Both the position numbers and the translations under genes were made by a program. Under the pieces are notes generated by a model. That model saw only the letters and a program-made list of their open reading frames with translations, ran no database searches and was not told the origin of the DNA. Positions 49,740 to 59,270 of a stretch of DNA of 64,000 nucleotides are shown here, piece by piece; within the stretch, counting starts at the first letter, position 1, and each line of letters starts with the position of its first letter. The DNA is from Chryseolinea sp. (GTDB lineage: Bacteria > Bacteroidota > Bacteroidia > Cytophagales > Cyclobacteriaceae): contig JBKJOF010000181.1 of assembly GCA_046595655.1 (NCBI GenBank), positions 39,374 to 103,373 of the forward strand, given 5' to 3'.

Positions 49740-49973
49740 GTTAAAACTATGCGCTTTCAGCGCAAGACTTTCAGTTGCTACACAAATAGGTAACTTTACT
49801 TTGTGAGTAAAGAACAACGTATTGGAGCACATGCAATATAACTGATGAAATGGTGAATGAATATCTTGAGCATCACCGTAAGCCGGGTAATATAGAGAGT
49901 GATATGATTATTCTGGAATAAGAATTTCATTCTTTTTACAACCTATCGACTTCCAGTCGATAGTGGTTTAGTT
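49740..49973 (+). mobile_element. tnpA: Internally deleted, non-autonomous IS200/IS605-family element
   Basis: Left hairpin tgcgct-ttc-agcgca; TnpA start (GTG)SKEQRIGAH fused to C-terminus NITDEMVNEYLEHHRKPGNIESDMIILE*; right hairpin ctatcgact-tcc-agtcgatag. Ends approximate. Confidence 0.8.
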
Positions 49974-50068
49974 TAAAGCAATTAATGTGGAGTTGTCTTA
50001 TTGTGAAAATGCTTTTTCCATCTCAGTTTCATAATATTTGATCCATTGTATGTAATTTTGAAATAGAT

Positions 50069-50542
50069 ATGATTCGAATGATGAGAATAACATTTTTGTT
50101 TTTTTTAAGTGCTGTCTTTTTCCTGACTTCATGCCAGTCAACCTCATCGATGCTTTCAGCCACTGAAGACTACAATGAGAACATAATTTTCACCATCGAC
50201 AAAGTACAGCAAGAGGCTTCAATATCGACCGGAAATGGTTTTTGGAAAGCGGCCAAGGGAGGTAAATTTGTTTTCATATCTATGACCTTCACCAATAAAT
50301 CTTCTGAGAAACAGGATGTGAATTTTGAGAACATCGTATTGCTGGATATGGAAGACAAGGCAAAGTATAAACCTGAATTTAGTATGATGCCAGGACCTGT
50401 GAATATTTGGGGGCAGATTGATTCATCGATCAATGCTAAGGCTAGCAAAAGTAGAAAACTGGTCTTTAATTTTCCAATGGAATCTGAACCTGAATTCATA
50501 CTTGTAAATAACAAAATGATCAAGCTGATATATAAAAAGTAA
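50069..50542 (+). CDS. DUF4352-like lipoprotein
   Basis: Lipobox LTSC; GGKFVFISMTFTNKS...INAKASKSRKLVF.FP Ig-like pattern. Confidence 0.65.
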   Translation: MIRMMRITFLFFLSAVFFLTSCQSTSSMLSATEDYNENIIFTIDKVQQEASISTGNGFWKAAKGGKFVFISMTFTNKSSEKQDVNFENIVLLDMEDKAKYKPEFSMMPGPVNIWGQIDSSINAKASKSRKLVFNFPMESEPEFILVNNKMIKLIYKK

Positions 50543-50731
50543 TTTTAATCTCATAACCGTAATTGTCCCAATTCTCTGTGCCGATATTACTTTCCTGTTG
50601 TGCTAAATCACACTCTGTTTTTCCTTTGATAAACGAGATATCGAAGGAAGTCAAAGTAAAGCAGTCGCTGGTTTAAACTTAGAATGCTGCGACAACCGTT
50701 GATGATTTTTTACGAATACTAATTTATGTCT

Positions 50732-51934
50732 ATGAAAAAATCAATTGCCATCGTAGGTAGCGGTCCTGCCTCACTTATGCTGGCAGCTACATTGGATGAA
50801 GAAGGCTTTGATGTTACCATTTATGAACGCAACTATGCTCCGGCAAGAAAATTCTTAGTAGCGGGAGACGGTGGTTTTAATGTAACGCACTCCGAAGATA
50901 TAGAGCAATTTATTGCACGTTATACTCCGTCATCCTATTTGGAAAAATGTATTCGCTCGTTTAGAAACCAGGATTTACAAGACTGGTTGAAGAACATCGG
51001 AATTGAAACCTACATAGGCTCAAGTAAGCGTATTTTTCCAGCAAAAGAAATTAAACCGATCCAGGTATTGAATGCCATTTTATATGAACTGAAAAATAAA
51101 AACGTTCATTTTAAAATGAAACATGAATGGAAAGGATGGAATGATCAGGACGAGCTCGTTTTTGAAAATGAATCGGTTAAGGTAATTGTCAAAACAGATA
51201 TTGTTGTTTTTGCTTTGGGTGGTGCAAGCTGGAGCAAAACAGGTAGTGATGGTGCTTGGGTGAATTACTTTAAAGCGAAGAACATTGACATCATACCTTT
51301 TCAACCGTCTAACTGTGCTTTTCAAATTAGCTGGGATAAAAATTTTATTGAACATGCAGCCGGGCAACCGTTGAAAAACATTGCTGTTTTCTGTGATGGA
51401 GAGGAAAAGAAGGGAGAAGTAGTGCTAACACAATTTGGAATAGAAGGCGGGGCTATATATGCTTTAAGTCGAGAGATACGTAAACAGTTGAATGAAAAAG
51501 GTATCGCTACTATTTTCATCGACCTAAAACCAATGATGTCGATCGTGGCAGTGAAATCGAAACTTAATTCAAAAGGTAATGGAAGCATTTCGCATGCGCT
51601 TGATAATCACATTAAATTGAACAAGCTTCAAATAGCTTTGCTAAAATTGGTTTTGTCTAAAGAAGATTTCATAAACATAACCTCGCTTTCCGAAAATATA
51701 AAAAGGTTGCCTTTGCAGATAGTTGGTATGGCTCCAATCGATGAAGCCATTTCTACGGTTGGTGGAATTTCATTGAAGGAAACAGACGAGTATTTTCAGT
51801 TAACGAAGATGCCCCATCATTATGCAATCGGAGAGATGGTTGATTGGGATGCCCCCACTGGTGGCTATTTATTGCAAGCATGTTTTAGCATGGGCCGTTA
51901 TCTGGGTAAGAAACTTGATGGTGAAGTAAAATAG
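50732..51934 (+). CDS. HI0933/BaiN-family NAD(P)/FAD-dependent oxidoreductase
   Basis: IVGSGPA, RKFLVAGDGGFNVTHSE, ALGGASW..TGSDG, AISTVGG, GEMVDWDAPTGGYLLQAC. Confidence 0.92.
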   Translation: MKKSIAIVGSGPASLMLAATLDEEGFDVTIYERNYAPARKFLVAGDGGFNVTHSEDIEQFIARYTPSSYLEKCIRSFRNQDLQDWLKNIGIETYIGSSKRIFPAKEIKPIQVLNAILYELKNKNVHFKMKHEWKGWNDQDELVFENESVKVIVKTDIVVFALGGASWSKTGSDGAWVNYFKAKNIDIIPFQPSNCAFQISWDKNFIEHAAGQPLKNIAVFCDGEEKKGEVVLTQFGIEGGAIYALSREIRKQLNEKGIATIFIDLKPMMSIVAVKSKLNSKGNGSISHALDNHIKLNKLQIALLKLVLSKEDFINITSLSENIKRLPLQIVGMAPIDEAISTVGGISLKETDEYFQLTKMPHHYAIGEMVDWDAPTGGYLLQACFSMGRYLGKKLDGEVK

Positions 51935-51986
51935 TATTTGATTGTGCTATTGAAAAAATCTGCCAACGGCTATATTCACAATATAT

Positions 51987-52373
51987 ATGAGTAAAAAGCA
52001 AGCATCATCTCCAGACGAAAAAACTTTGGACGATTTTCTGAATGGAAAGTCACCTTATACTATTGAACTTTTCAATCATTTCATTAATCAATTCAATACG
52101 ATAGGGAAGATATCGCTGCATCCTGCTAAAACAATGATCGGTGTTGCTACTCCTCGAAAGCGTATTGCTTACATTACTCAACTTGGTAAAAATTTTATTC
52201 ATATCGTGTTTCCATTTGAGAAACCGTATAAGGATAATTTATGCTTTCAAAAAATTGCCAACGTGCCCGGTGACGACAAACAACATAATCATCATTTCAG
52301 AATGTTAGCGAAAGAGGATGTGAATAGAGAGGTATTGAAATTCATGAAGCTGGCGTACCAGTTGGGTTCATAA
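51987..52373 (+). CDS. DUF5655-like hypothetical protein
   Basis: PAKTMIG...RIAYI...HNHHFR...DVNREV..FMKLAY pattern. Confidence 0.65.
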   Translation: MSKKQASSPDEKTLDDFLNGKSPYTIELFNHFINQFNTIGKISLHPAKTMIGVATPRKRIAYITQLGKNFIHIVFPFEKPYKDNLCFQKIANVPGDDKQHNHHFRMLAKEDVNREVLKFMKLAYQLGS

Positions 52374-52374
52374 A

Positions 52375-52797
52375 TTATTGAGGTTCAGATGTAGCAAAGA
52401 TAACGGTGAACTTCTCGCACCAGATTAATACAAATTTATACTCATTGAGATCTGGCATGCCAGTAATTTCATAAGACTGTTTGCCTGTAGTTGATTTCAA
52501 TGAACCAAGATTGACATACTGCGATGCACTTTCATCTTTGCTTAAATACACTTTCAGATCGGGGCCGTTCTGTGAAGAGAAAGGATCGAGCACTATGATC
52601 TTCCGTCCAGCATCGTCATAAATTTTTACCGTGCCGCTTGCTGTATGTCCTACACCGGTAAGCATACCTTGCTTCAAAAGAGTAGCACCTGTTGCGATTG
52701 GATCAAATGAATCATCTATGGGAGCAGTGGGCGTAGCATCATCATCCTTACACGAAATTAAAACCAGCATCATTAAGATAGCGAGTAGTTTTTTCAT
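52375..52797 (-). CDS. DM13-domain lipoprotein
   Basis: Lipobox LISC-KDDD; HTASGTV, NGPDLKVYLS, LGSLK, VLIWCEKF. Confidence 0.9.
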   Translation of the reverse strand: MKKLLAILMMLVLISCKDDDATPTAPIDDSFDPIATGATLLKQGMLTGVGHTASGTVKIYDDAGRKIIVLDPFSSQNGPDLKVYLSKDESASQYVNLGSLKSTTGKQSYEITGMPDLNEYKFVLIWCEKFTVIFATSEPQ

Positions 52798-52808
52798 AAT
52801 TGTATTGT

Positions 52809-53534
52809 TTATAGTTTGTATGATACTCCCGCGCTGAACATAAGCGATTTGTTTCGGAAGCGATCGTTTGGTTCAGGGAATTGCTGCACATTAGAATCGG
52901 TTGTGTATTCGGTAAAAAGAAATTGAGCTCCGCCTTTAATGGCCCATTTATCATTCAGCATATATCGTGCAAAGAGTTCTGAATTTAAACTTCCTTTATC
53001 GTTATCGCTTGTTAGCAATGCATTGAAAGAAGTGGGAGCAGCGGATTCAAATGAACCTTGCTTTCCATTGATGTAATTACCCTTCGTGTTTTTTCCGAAG
53101 GAAAATCCTATGGCATCGATGTTGAACCGTAACATTAATTTTTCAGACACATTATATCCAAGTGTTACAAACAGATTTATAGAATTTACCTGTGCTGTCT
53201 TGATGAGAAAGGTATCTATGTTATTTACAATGTTCTCTTTAAAAATTACCAGCAGGCCTTCACTTCCGGTAGTAAGTTTTGCGGGAGCGGTTATGTAATA
53301 ATGATTCTTTCCGATATATGATGTAAACCGTCCGCCAAAGCCGATGATTATTTTTTTCTTTGTGCCTAACGCCTTATCGTAGTTAAAGGATAATGCGAAT
53401 GTTCCTTCTGTTTTTCCAACAGCCAAATCGACATCAGCAAATTTAGAGATTGATGAATGTGTTTGTGCAATTGCCGTTTCTGAAAACGAACACAGAGCTG
53501 CATAAAATAGTAAAAGGAAGAATGATTTTTTCAT
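52809..53534 (-). CDS. Hypothetical outer-membrane beta-barrel-like protein
   Basis: Signal peptide from ATG 53534 (MKKSFFLLL); amphipathic strands ending FSAGVSYKL. Confidence 0.65.
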   Translation of the reverse strand: MKKSFFLLLFYAALCSFSETAIAQTHSSISKFADVDLAVGKTEGTFALSFNYDKALGTKKKIIIGFGGRFTSYIGKNHYYITAPAKLTTGSEGLLVIFKENIVNNIDTFLIKTAQVNSINLFVTLGYNVSEKLMLRFNIDAIGFSFGKNTKGNYINGKQGSFESAAPTSFNALLTSDNDKGSLNSELFARYMLNDKWAIKGGAQFLFTEYTTDSNVQQFPEPNDRFRNKSLMFSAGVSYKL

Positions 53535-53929
53535 GTTTACAAGATTACAACGTAAAACACAAATTGATTGTCGCATTACAGACAAAGTATTAGTTTTTGG
53601 AAGCGTAGCCACGTTGATTTCACCCGAGCCGAGATTGATGCCAGAAATTGGGATGATCAAAATCCTTTCATTTTTCGATGTCTTGTAATGTAGAATATAG
53701 CCCGAAGAAATCCCAATTCCGGAGTATCATAATATTCATTGATATGATTTTTCTTGTTAATCAATTATTTTCCAATTATCTCTTGGTAGTTTTCGCTATA
53801 AACTTTTAACTTTCTAGTGCTTAAACCGTTGTGAGCTGCCCCCATTCAGCACAATTGATTTTAAAATGTTGTGTCCAATTTTATAATCTTCAGTATGATG
53901 TAGAAATTTTAAATTTTAAAGTATATGTT

Positions 53930-56900
53930 ATGAAATCAAAAAAAACCCCTCTCGAAAAATTCCAAATTGAAATGTTATGGTTTGCAAAATCAGCTTCTCG
54001 GCTTATTGCGTTCATGCTCTTCTTGGCATCGTTTGATGCATTCAATAACGTACATGCGCAAGTAATCTGGGGAATCACCTCTGGTGGAGAATTAGGTACT
54101 GGTTCCATCTTCAAAGCGAATGATGTAGGAACAGATTTTACGAGAATCCGTTTCGAGGGAGCGGGTAATAACAATATTGGATCCCTGAATAATTTTAGTC
54201 GCAGTAAACTTCTGAGGCATTCGAACGGAAAAATGTACGGTATCACACTAGGCGGTGGGGACGAGAATGATGGAGTTTTATTTGAATTTGATCCTTCAAC
54301 CGGAAAGAGTAAGACGAAACTAATTTTTTCCTATTACGATAACGGTAGGCCAGGGAGTAGCCTGATAGAGTACAAGGGTAAAGTGTATGTAACCATTGAT
54401 GGCCTTGGACCAGGAATTGCTTCCTTTGATCCAGTTACAAATACTTATAAAAGGGAAGTAACAATTCCATTGCCAGCTACTGGTATGGTGTTAGCAGAAG
54501 GTAAATTCTATTGCATGACACGATCTGGAGGAACACAGTGGGCCGGTTCTATTTTTGAATTCAATCCCGATAATTCTAAGTATACTGTTTTAGCACAATT
54601 TAATCACACTACAACAGGTCGGTATGCAGATGCTGGACTTACCTATGCCAACGGTAAATTATATGGACTAGTAAGAGAAGGAGGTAAGTATGGCCAGGGG
54701 ACTATAGTTGAATATGACCTGACCCTTAAGTTGTTTAAGAAGACGTTCGATTTTAAATCCAGTATAAATGGAGGAACTCCATTGGGTGAACTAACGTACT
54801 TAAATGGGAAACTGTATGGCATCACAGGGTCTGGTGGCAATAGTAATCAAGGTATATTATTTGAATACAATCCCGCAACGGGAGCATTAGTCAAGCTGCT
54901 TGATTTTGGCACTGATCATCCGATTGGATATGTTAAAGAAATGACTGGGATCTTATATGGTGTTTCGGTTTTCGGTGGCACCACCAACTCTGGCTCTTTG
55001 TTTTCTTTTAATCCTATCACTAGATCATACTCGAAACTTATAGATTTTGATACTGAAAGTAATGGCGTGAATCCTTTCGGCTACCTTCAACCTGATGGAA
55101 ATAAATTATGGGGAATGACAATGGTAGGAGGCAAAGCGAATGGAGGCGTAATTTTTGAATATGATTTAACACACAATCAACCAACCACCAGGTACTCGTT
55201 TAACCAATTTCTTGAAGGAAAAAACCCGAATTGCTTCGTTGAGTTAAAAGAAAAATTTTATGGACTAACAACGGAGGGTGGTAATTTTAATCACGGTGTG
55301 TTGTTTGAGGTAGATCAAGCATTATCAGGTATTTCTGTTCTGCATGATTTTGAGTGTAACGATTGTAATGTTCCGTATTATCAATATGCAAATGAGAGCA
55401 AGCTTTTAGCGATTGGCAATAAATTGTATGGTATTACCGCAATCGGTGGAAATGACGAGAAAGGTGTTTTGTTTGAATATGATCTACAACAAAATGCCTA
55501 TACCGTCCTTCATGAATTCAGCGATCCGATTACCGGCATAGGCCCCTACGGAAATTTAAGCATTGTAAAGGGAAAGTTATACGGTACAACAAAACGCGGA
55601 GGCTCTGATAATCAGGGCGTGCTGTTTGAGTATAACCTGGCAACTTCTGTTATTACTTCAAAGCAAAGTTTGAACTATGCAACCACCGGTGTTGAACATC
55701 ACTTTATATCTGTTAACGATCTTCTTTATGGATTATCTCAAGGTGGAGGGTTGGGTAATGGAATATTGAGTTTATATAATCCGGAAGATAATACATTAGT
55801 AACGAAGCATGAATTTCAAACTCGGGTCATAGGTGAATTAGCGTATAGATCGAATAAAATATATGGAGTTACTGCCGGTGAGTATGTCAAACCAAATACA
55901 TCACAAGTGTCTGTGTACGTTCCAGGAATTATTTTTGAATTCAATATACAAACGCAACAATTCGGCACGGTATATAACTTTAATAGAAATCAATCGTCAG
56001 ATGGTGTTCTGACAATTCATGCGGAAAAATTGTACAGTGTTGAATCTAATGGTTCTAGTTTATTTAAGTTCGACTTGGTTGATAGCCCAGGGCATATTAC
56101 GAATATCTCTTTTCTATTAGATTATGATCACTACATCAAATCGATCCTTGTTGTAGACGGGAACATTGAAAGTCCCTTACCGATTATAGCTAACGAAGTA
56201 GTCGCATTCAATCAAGGAAAACGCAAGGATGGAAAATCAATTACTGCAGACAGAAGTAATCCTGAAGCCGCTTTATATTATTCTGACTCCAATGATGATC
56301 ATCTCGGTCCAATCAATTTCGTTTCTTTGGGTTTTGGAGGTTCGATTACATTGGGGTTTGATCGTCCTCTTTGTAATAGAACGGGGAATGATCTGCAAAT
56401 TTTTGAGATATCATATGGCAATCCTTCATTTTACGATTATCCTGAGCAGGCAGAAGTTTTTGTTTCAGAAGATGCGAGCACCTGGATTACATTGGGGTTG
56501 ACCAATCCATCTGATCCTGAAATAGGTTGTAAAGCAAAACTGGATTCTGATTTTGATATCCAATCGTCTGGACTAGGATGTATTAAATACATTAGACTAG
56601 TCGATGTATCGGATCCATGGGCAAAACGGAGAGACAAGAATACATGCGAGCAAACCTCTGCTTTCGCCTTTAACAACGCTGCCGATGGTTTTGATTTGGA
56701 TGCTATTGGAGTTACACAACGAGATGATCAAAACGGCAGTTCGTCACGCATGGCACAGCGTGAGCGTTCGGGTATAATCAATATTCAATCGACTCGAACT
56801 ACTGCGGTATTGTTCCCCAATCCAGTATCTAGAGAATTGGTTATTGATTTGTCAGAAGAAGAAGAAATGGCGATTATGAGCGATCAACTTGTATTCGAAA

Positions 56901-57058
56901 TTATTGATCTACAGGGAAGAGTCTTAACCAAATCTTCTGATGCCTTGGATGATAGTTGGACAATAAAGCATGACGTAAGCCAACTCAAAAATGGTTTTTA
57001 TGTTGCTCGTGTTTCAACTGGAAATGTGAGACGGAATTATAAATTCATTAAGAATTAG
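53930..57058 (+). CDS. Large T9SS-secreted protein: Gloeo/Verruco (GloVer)-type tandem repeats, a beta-sandwich domain and a T9SS CTD
   Basis: About a dozen repeats like GKLYG.T..GG....G.LFEYD; FVSLGFGGSI...DGFDLDAI domain; LFPNP...GFYVARV..G..YKFIKN C-terminal signal. Confidence 0.85.
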   Translation: MKSKKTPLEKFQIEMLWFAKSASRLIAFMLFLASFDAFNNVHAQVIWGITSGGELGTGSIFKANDVGTDFTRIRFEGAGNNNIGSLNNFSRSKLLRHSNGKMYGITLGGGDENDGVLFEFDPSTGKSKTKLIFSYYDNGRPGSSLIEYKGKVYVTIDGLGPGIASFDPVTNTYKREVTIPLPATGMVLAEGKFYCMTRSGGTQWAGSIFEFNPDNSKYTVLAQFNHTTTGRYADAGLTYANGKLYGLVREGGKYGQGTIVEYDLTLKLFKKTFDFKSSINGGTPLGELTYLNGKLYGITGSGGNSNQGILFEYNPATGALVKLLDFGTDHPIGYVKEMTGILYGVSVFGGTTNSGSLFSFNPITRSYSKLIDFDTESNGVNPFGYLQPDGNKLWGMTMVGGKANGGVIFEYDLTHNQPTTRYSFNQFLEGKNPNCFVELKEKFYGLTTEGGNFNHGVLFEVDQALSGISVLHDFECNDCNVPYYQYANESKLLAIGNKLYGITAIGGNDEKGVLFEYDLQQNAYTVLHEFSDPITGIGPYGNLSIVKGKLYGTTKRGGSDNQGVLFEYNLATSVITSKQSLNYATTGVEHHFISVNDLLYGLSQGGGLGNGILSLYNPEDNTLVTKHEFQTRVIGELAYRSNKIYGVTAGEYVKPNTSQVSVYVPGIIFEFNIQTQQFGTVYNFNRNQSSDGVLTIHAEKLYSVESNGSSLFKFDLVDSPGHITNISFLLDYDHYIKSILVVDGNIESPLPIIANEVVAFNQGKRKDGKSITADRSNPEAALYYSDSNDDHLGPINFVSLGFGGSITLGFDRPLCNRTGNDLQIFEISYGNPSFYDYPEQAEVFVSEDASTWITLGLTNPSDPEIGCKAKLDSDFDIQSSGLGCIKYIRLVDVSDPWAKRRDKNTCEQTSAFAFNNAADGFDLDAIGVTQRDDQNGSSSRMAQRERSGIINIQSTRTTAVLFPNPVSRELVIDLSEEEEMAIMSDQLVFEIIDLQGRVLTKSSDALDDSWTIKHDVSQLKNGFYVARVSTGNVRRNYKFIKN

Positions 57059-57094
57059 TGTTGAAAATTTTCGGTTTAAAACCTAAAGTAAAAA

Positions 57095-58075
57095 CTAAAA
57101 CAATAATCCTATTCTCAATCCACCCCAGCGAAGAGTATGACTGGTTGTAAATTCTTTGCTAAGGATGGATTGAGAATATTCCAAATAAAAGGCACCGAGA
57201 GAAAAAACAACTCCGGCATTTCCCTGAAAAGTAAATCGTTCGATTTCTTTATTACTTAAGGTATATGGGCTATCGCGATTAAAGATCATTCCGCCACTTA
57301 AAGTAGCATCATACAGTGCAGCCTGTATGAGAGGTTGTACGTAGAGATGATAAGTAAATTTTTGTTTTTTTTCTGATAGAACCCTTCCCGAAAAGGAAGT
57401 GGCCATTGTTGAGTTCAGCTTACCAATTATGAGCGTTCCTCCTGCAGCGAATTTAGTATTCAGTGTGCCAAGGTGTGCGACTGTGAGAGCGTTCAGCAGG
57501 AAATACTTTGAGTGAATAATGTTTTTCTCTACACCCACCTCGTAGTTGATAATCAGATCATTTTTTATTTGGTACTGCCAGCCTTGAGGATCGGTATCGT
57601 TTATCCAACGATGGATGGTGCGTTGAATTTCATGTGCGCCAGCCACAGAACCAATTATGCCAAGTGATAAAGAAGATGTTATGCGATAACGTTTGGAGGG
57701 ATGACTACTGGCTGCAAATGTCTTGATCATAACGGTGGCTGAAAACGGTCTGTCACCGTAAAGGATTTCGTTGGAACTGATGCTGGTAGGTGTGTAAGCA
57801 TTGTGCTCGATGGCCAATCCAAACTGGTTAACATTTTCTTGTGGAGCAATCAACAGTCGTGTGATAGGATTTTTTTTTAACGAAGGACTTACAATTTCAA
57901 GATTAATACCTTGTGTATAATATTCATCAGAACCACTGAAATAGTCGTTGTCGTAATAAAGCCGGATAGATTTTTTTTCGTCAGTCATTCTAAAACTGGC
58001 AGTATTATCAATGACTTGAGAAAAAGTAGTTGTGCAGATCAGATAAACACAAAGGGTAAGACTTTTTGTTAGCAT
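57095..58075 (-). CDS. Lipid A deacylase LpxR-family outer-membrane protein
   Basis: YDND.FSGSDEYYTQG, YTP..I......GDRPF, QGWQYQIKND. Confidence 0.85.
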   Translation of the reverse strand: MLTKSLTLCVYLICTTTFSQVIDNTASFRMTDEKKSIRLYYDNDYFSGSDEYYTQGINLEIVSPSLKKNPITRLLIAPQENVNQFGLAIEHNAYTPTSISSNEILYGDRPFSATVMIKTFAASSHPSKRYRITSSLSLGIIGSVAGAHEIQRTIHRWINDTDPQGWQYQIKNDLIINYEVGVEKNIIHSKYFLLNALTVAHLGTLNTKFAAGGTLIIGKLNSTMATSFSGRVLSEKKQKFTYHLYVQPLIQAALYDATLSGGMIFNRDSPYTLSNKEIERFTFQGNAGVVFSLGAFYLEYSQSILSKEFTTSHTLRWGGLRIGLLF

Positions 58076-58262
58076 TACTCATATACGATGATAACAGCGG
58101 TTTGGATTTAGATAGCTCTTTATTAGTGTCGCTTTCTAAAAGTGTTAAACGAACTGTTGATAATAGTGCAAAGAATGTCACATTCTTTATTTTTTTCGAA
58201 TGGAACACAAAACTGGTTACACATGTTGAGGCTACATTGACGTTCTATATCAAGTCATAATT

Positions 58263-59270
58263 ATGCTCAAGCTGGGAATACTCGATCAATCCATTGTAAG
58301 GCAAAATGCAACTGCGCGTGAAGCCGTTGAAGAAACAATAGCAACAGCAAAGCTCGCGGAGCGACTAGGTTACAATCGTTTTTGGATTTCAGAACATCAT
58401 AACTCAACCTTCATTGCTGGTTCTGCACCCGAAATTCTGATGGTAAAACTTGCAGATGAAACCAGTCGCATTCGCATCGGTTCTGGTGGAATTATGTTGC
58501 CCAATCATAGTGCCTTTAAGGTAGCTGAAAATTTTAGAATGCTTGAAACACTTTTTCCCGGGAGAATTGATTTGGGAATGGGACGTGCGCCAGGTGGTGA
58601 TCGTCTATCAGCATCCTTGCTCAATCCTTCCAATGATTTTAGTGAGGCAAGTTATTTACGGCAGTTGGAACATCTTCAGCTTTTCTTTAATGATGCAGCC
58701 TCTACACAAAATGGAACTATACTCGCTGTTCCAAAGGCAACTACTATTCCTACGCAGTGGATATTGAGCTCGAGTGGAGGAAGTAGCATGATCGCTGCAA
58801 AGTATGGTATGGGGTTGGTTGTGGCTCGTTTCATCAATGGCTTTGCCAAACCTGACATCGTAGATACCTATCGAAAAAATTTCATACCATCAACACAGTT
58901 TTCAAATCCTCATGCTTTATTATCCATAACGGTTTTGTGTGGAGAAACAGAAGAGACAGCACGACAAATGCGGCATTATTATGATTTCGTTTTACTACAG
59001 TTCGAAAAAGGTAACATGAATAACATTCCAGACTATAAAACCATAAGAGATTTTAAATTCTCCGCGTGGGAGTTAGAAAGAGTTGAACAAAATAGTGGAA
59101 GAGTAATATCAGGAACGAAGGAAGATGTTAAAGAGCAACTAGTAAAGCTTGCCAATGCTTTTGATGTGGATGAAATCATCATCTCCACCATGGGCGATAA
59201 TCCCGAAAACAGAGAACGTTCTTTCGAATTGGTTGCAGAAGTTTTTGAACTGCAAACTGTTTCGACCTAG
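58263..59270 (+). CDS. Luciferase-like (LLM class) flavin-dependent monooxygenase
   Basis: RFWISEHH, IRIGSGGIMLPNHS, GRIDLGMGRAPG. Confidence 0.93.
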   Translation: MLKLGILDQSIVRQNATAREAVEETIATAKLAERLGYNRFWISEHHNSTFIAGSAPEILMVKLADETSRIRIGSGGIMLPNHSAFKVAENFRMLETLFPGRIDLGMGRAPGGDRLSASLLNPSNDFSEASYLRQLEHLQLFFNDAASTQNGTILAVPKATTIPTQWILSSSGGSSMIAAKYGMGLVVARFINGFAKPDIVDTYRKNFIPSTQFSNPHALLSITVLCGETEETARQMRHYYDFVLLQFEKGNMNNIPDYKTIRDFKFSAWELERVEQNSGRVISGTKEDVKEQLVKLANAFDVDEIIISTMGDNPENRERSFELVAEVFELQTVST

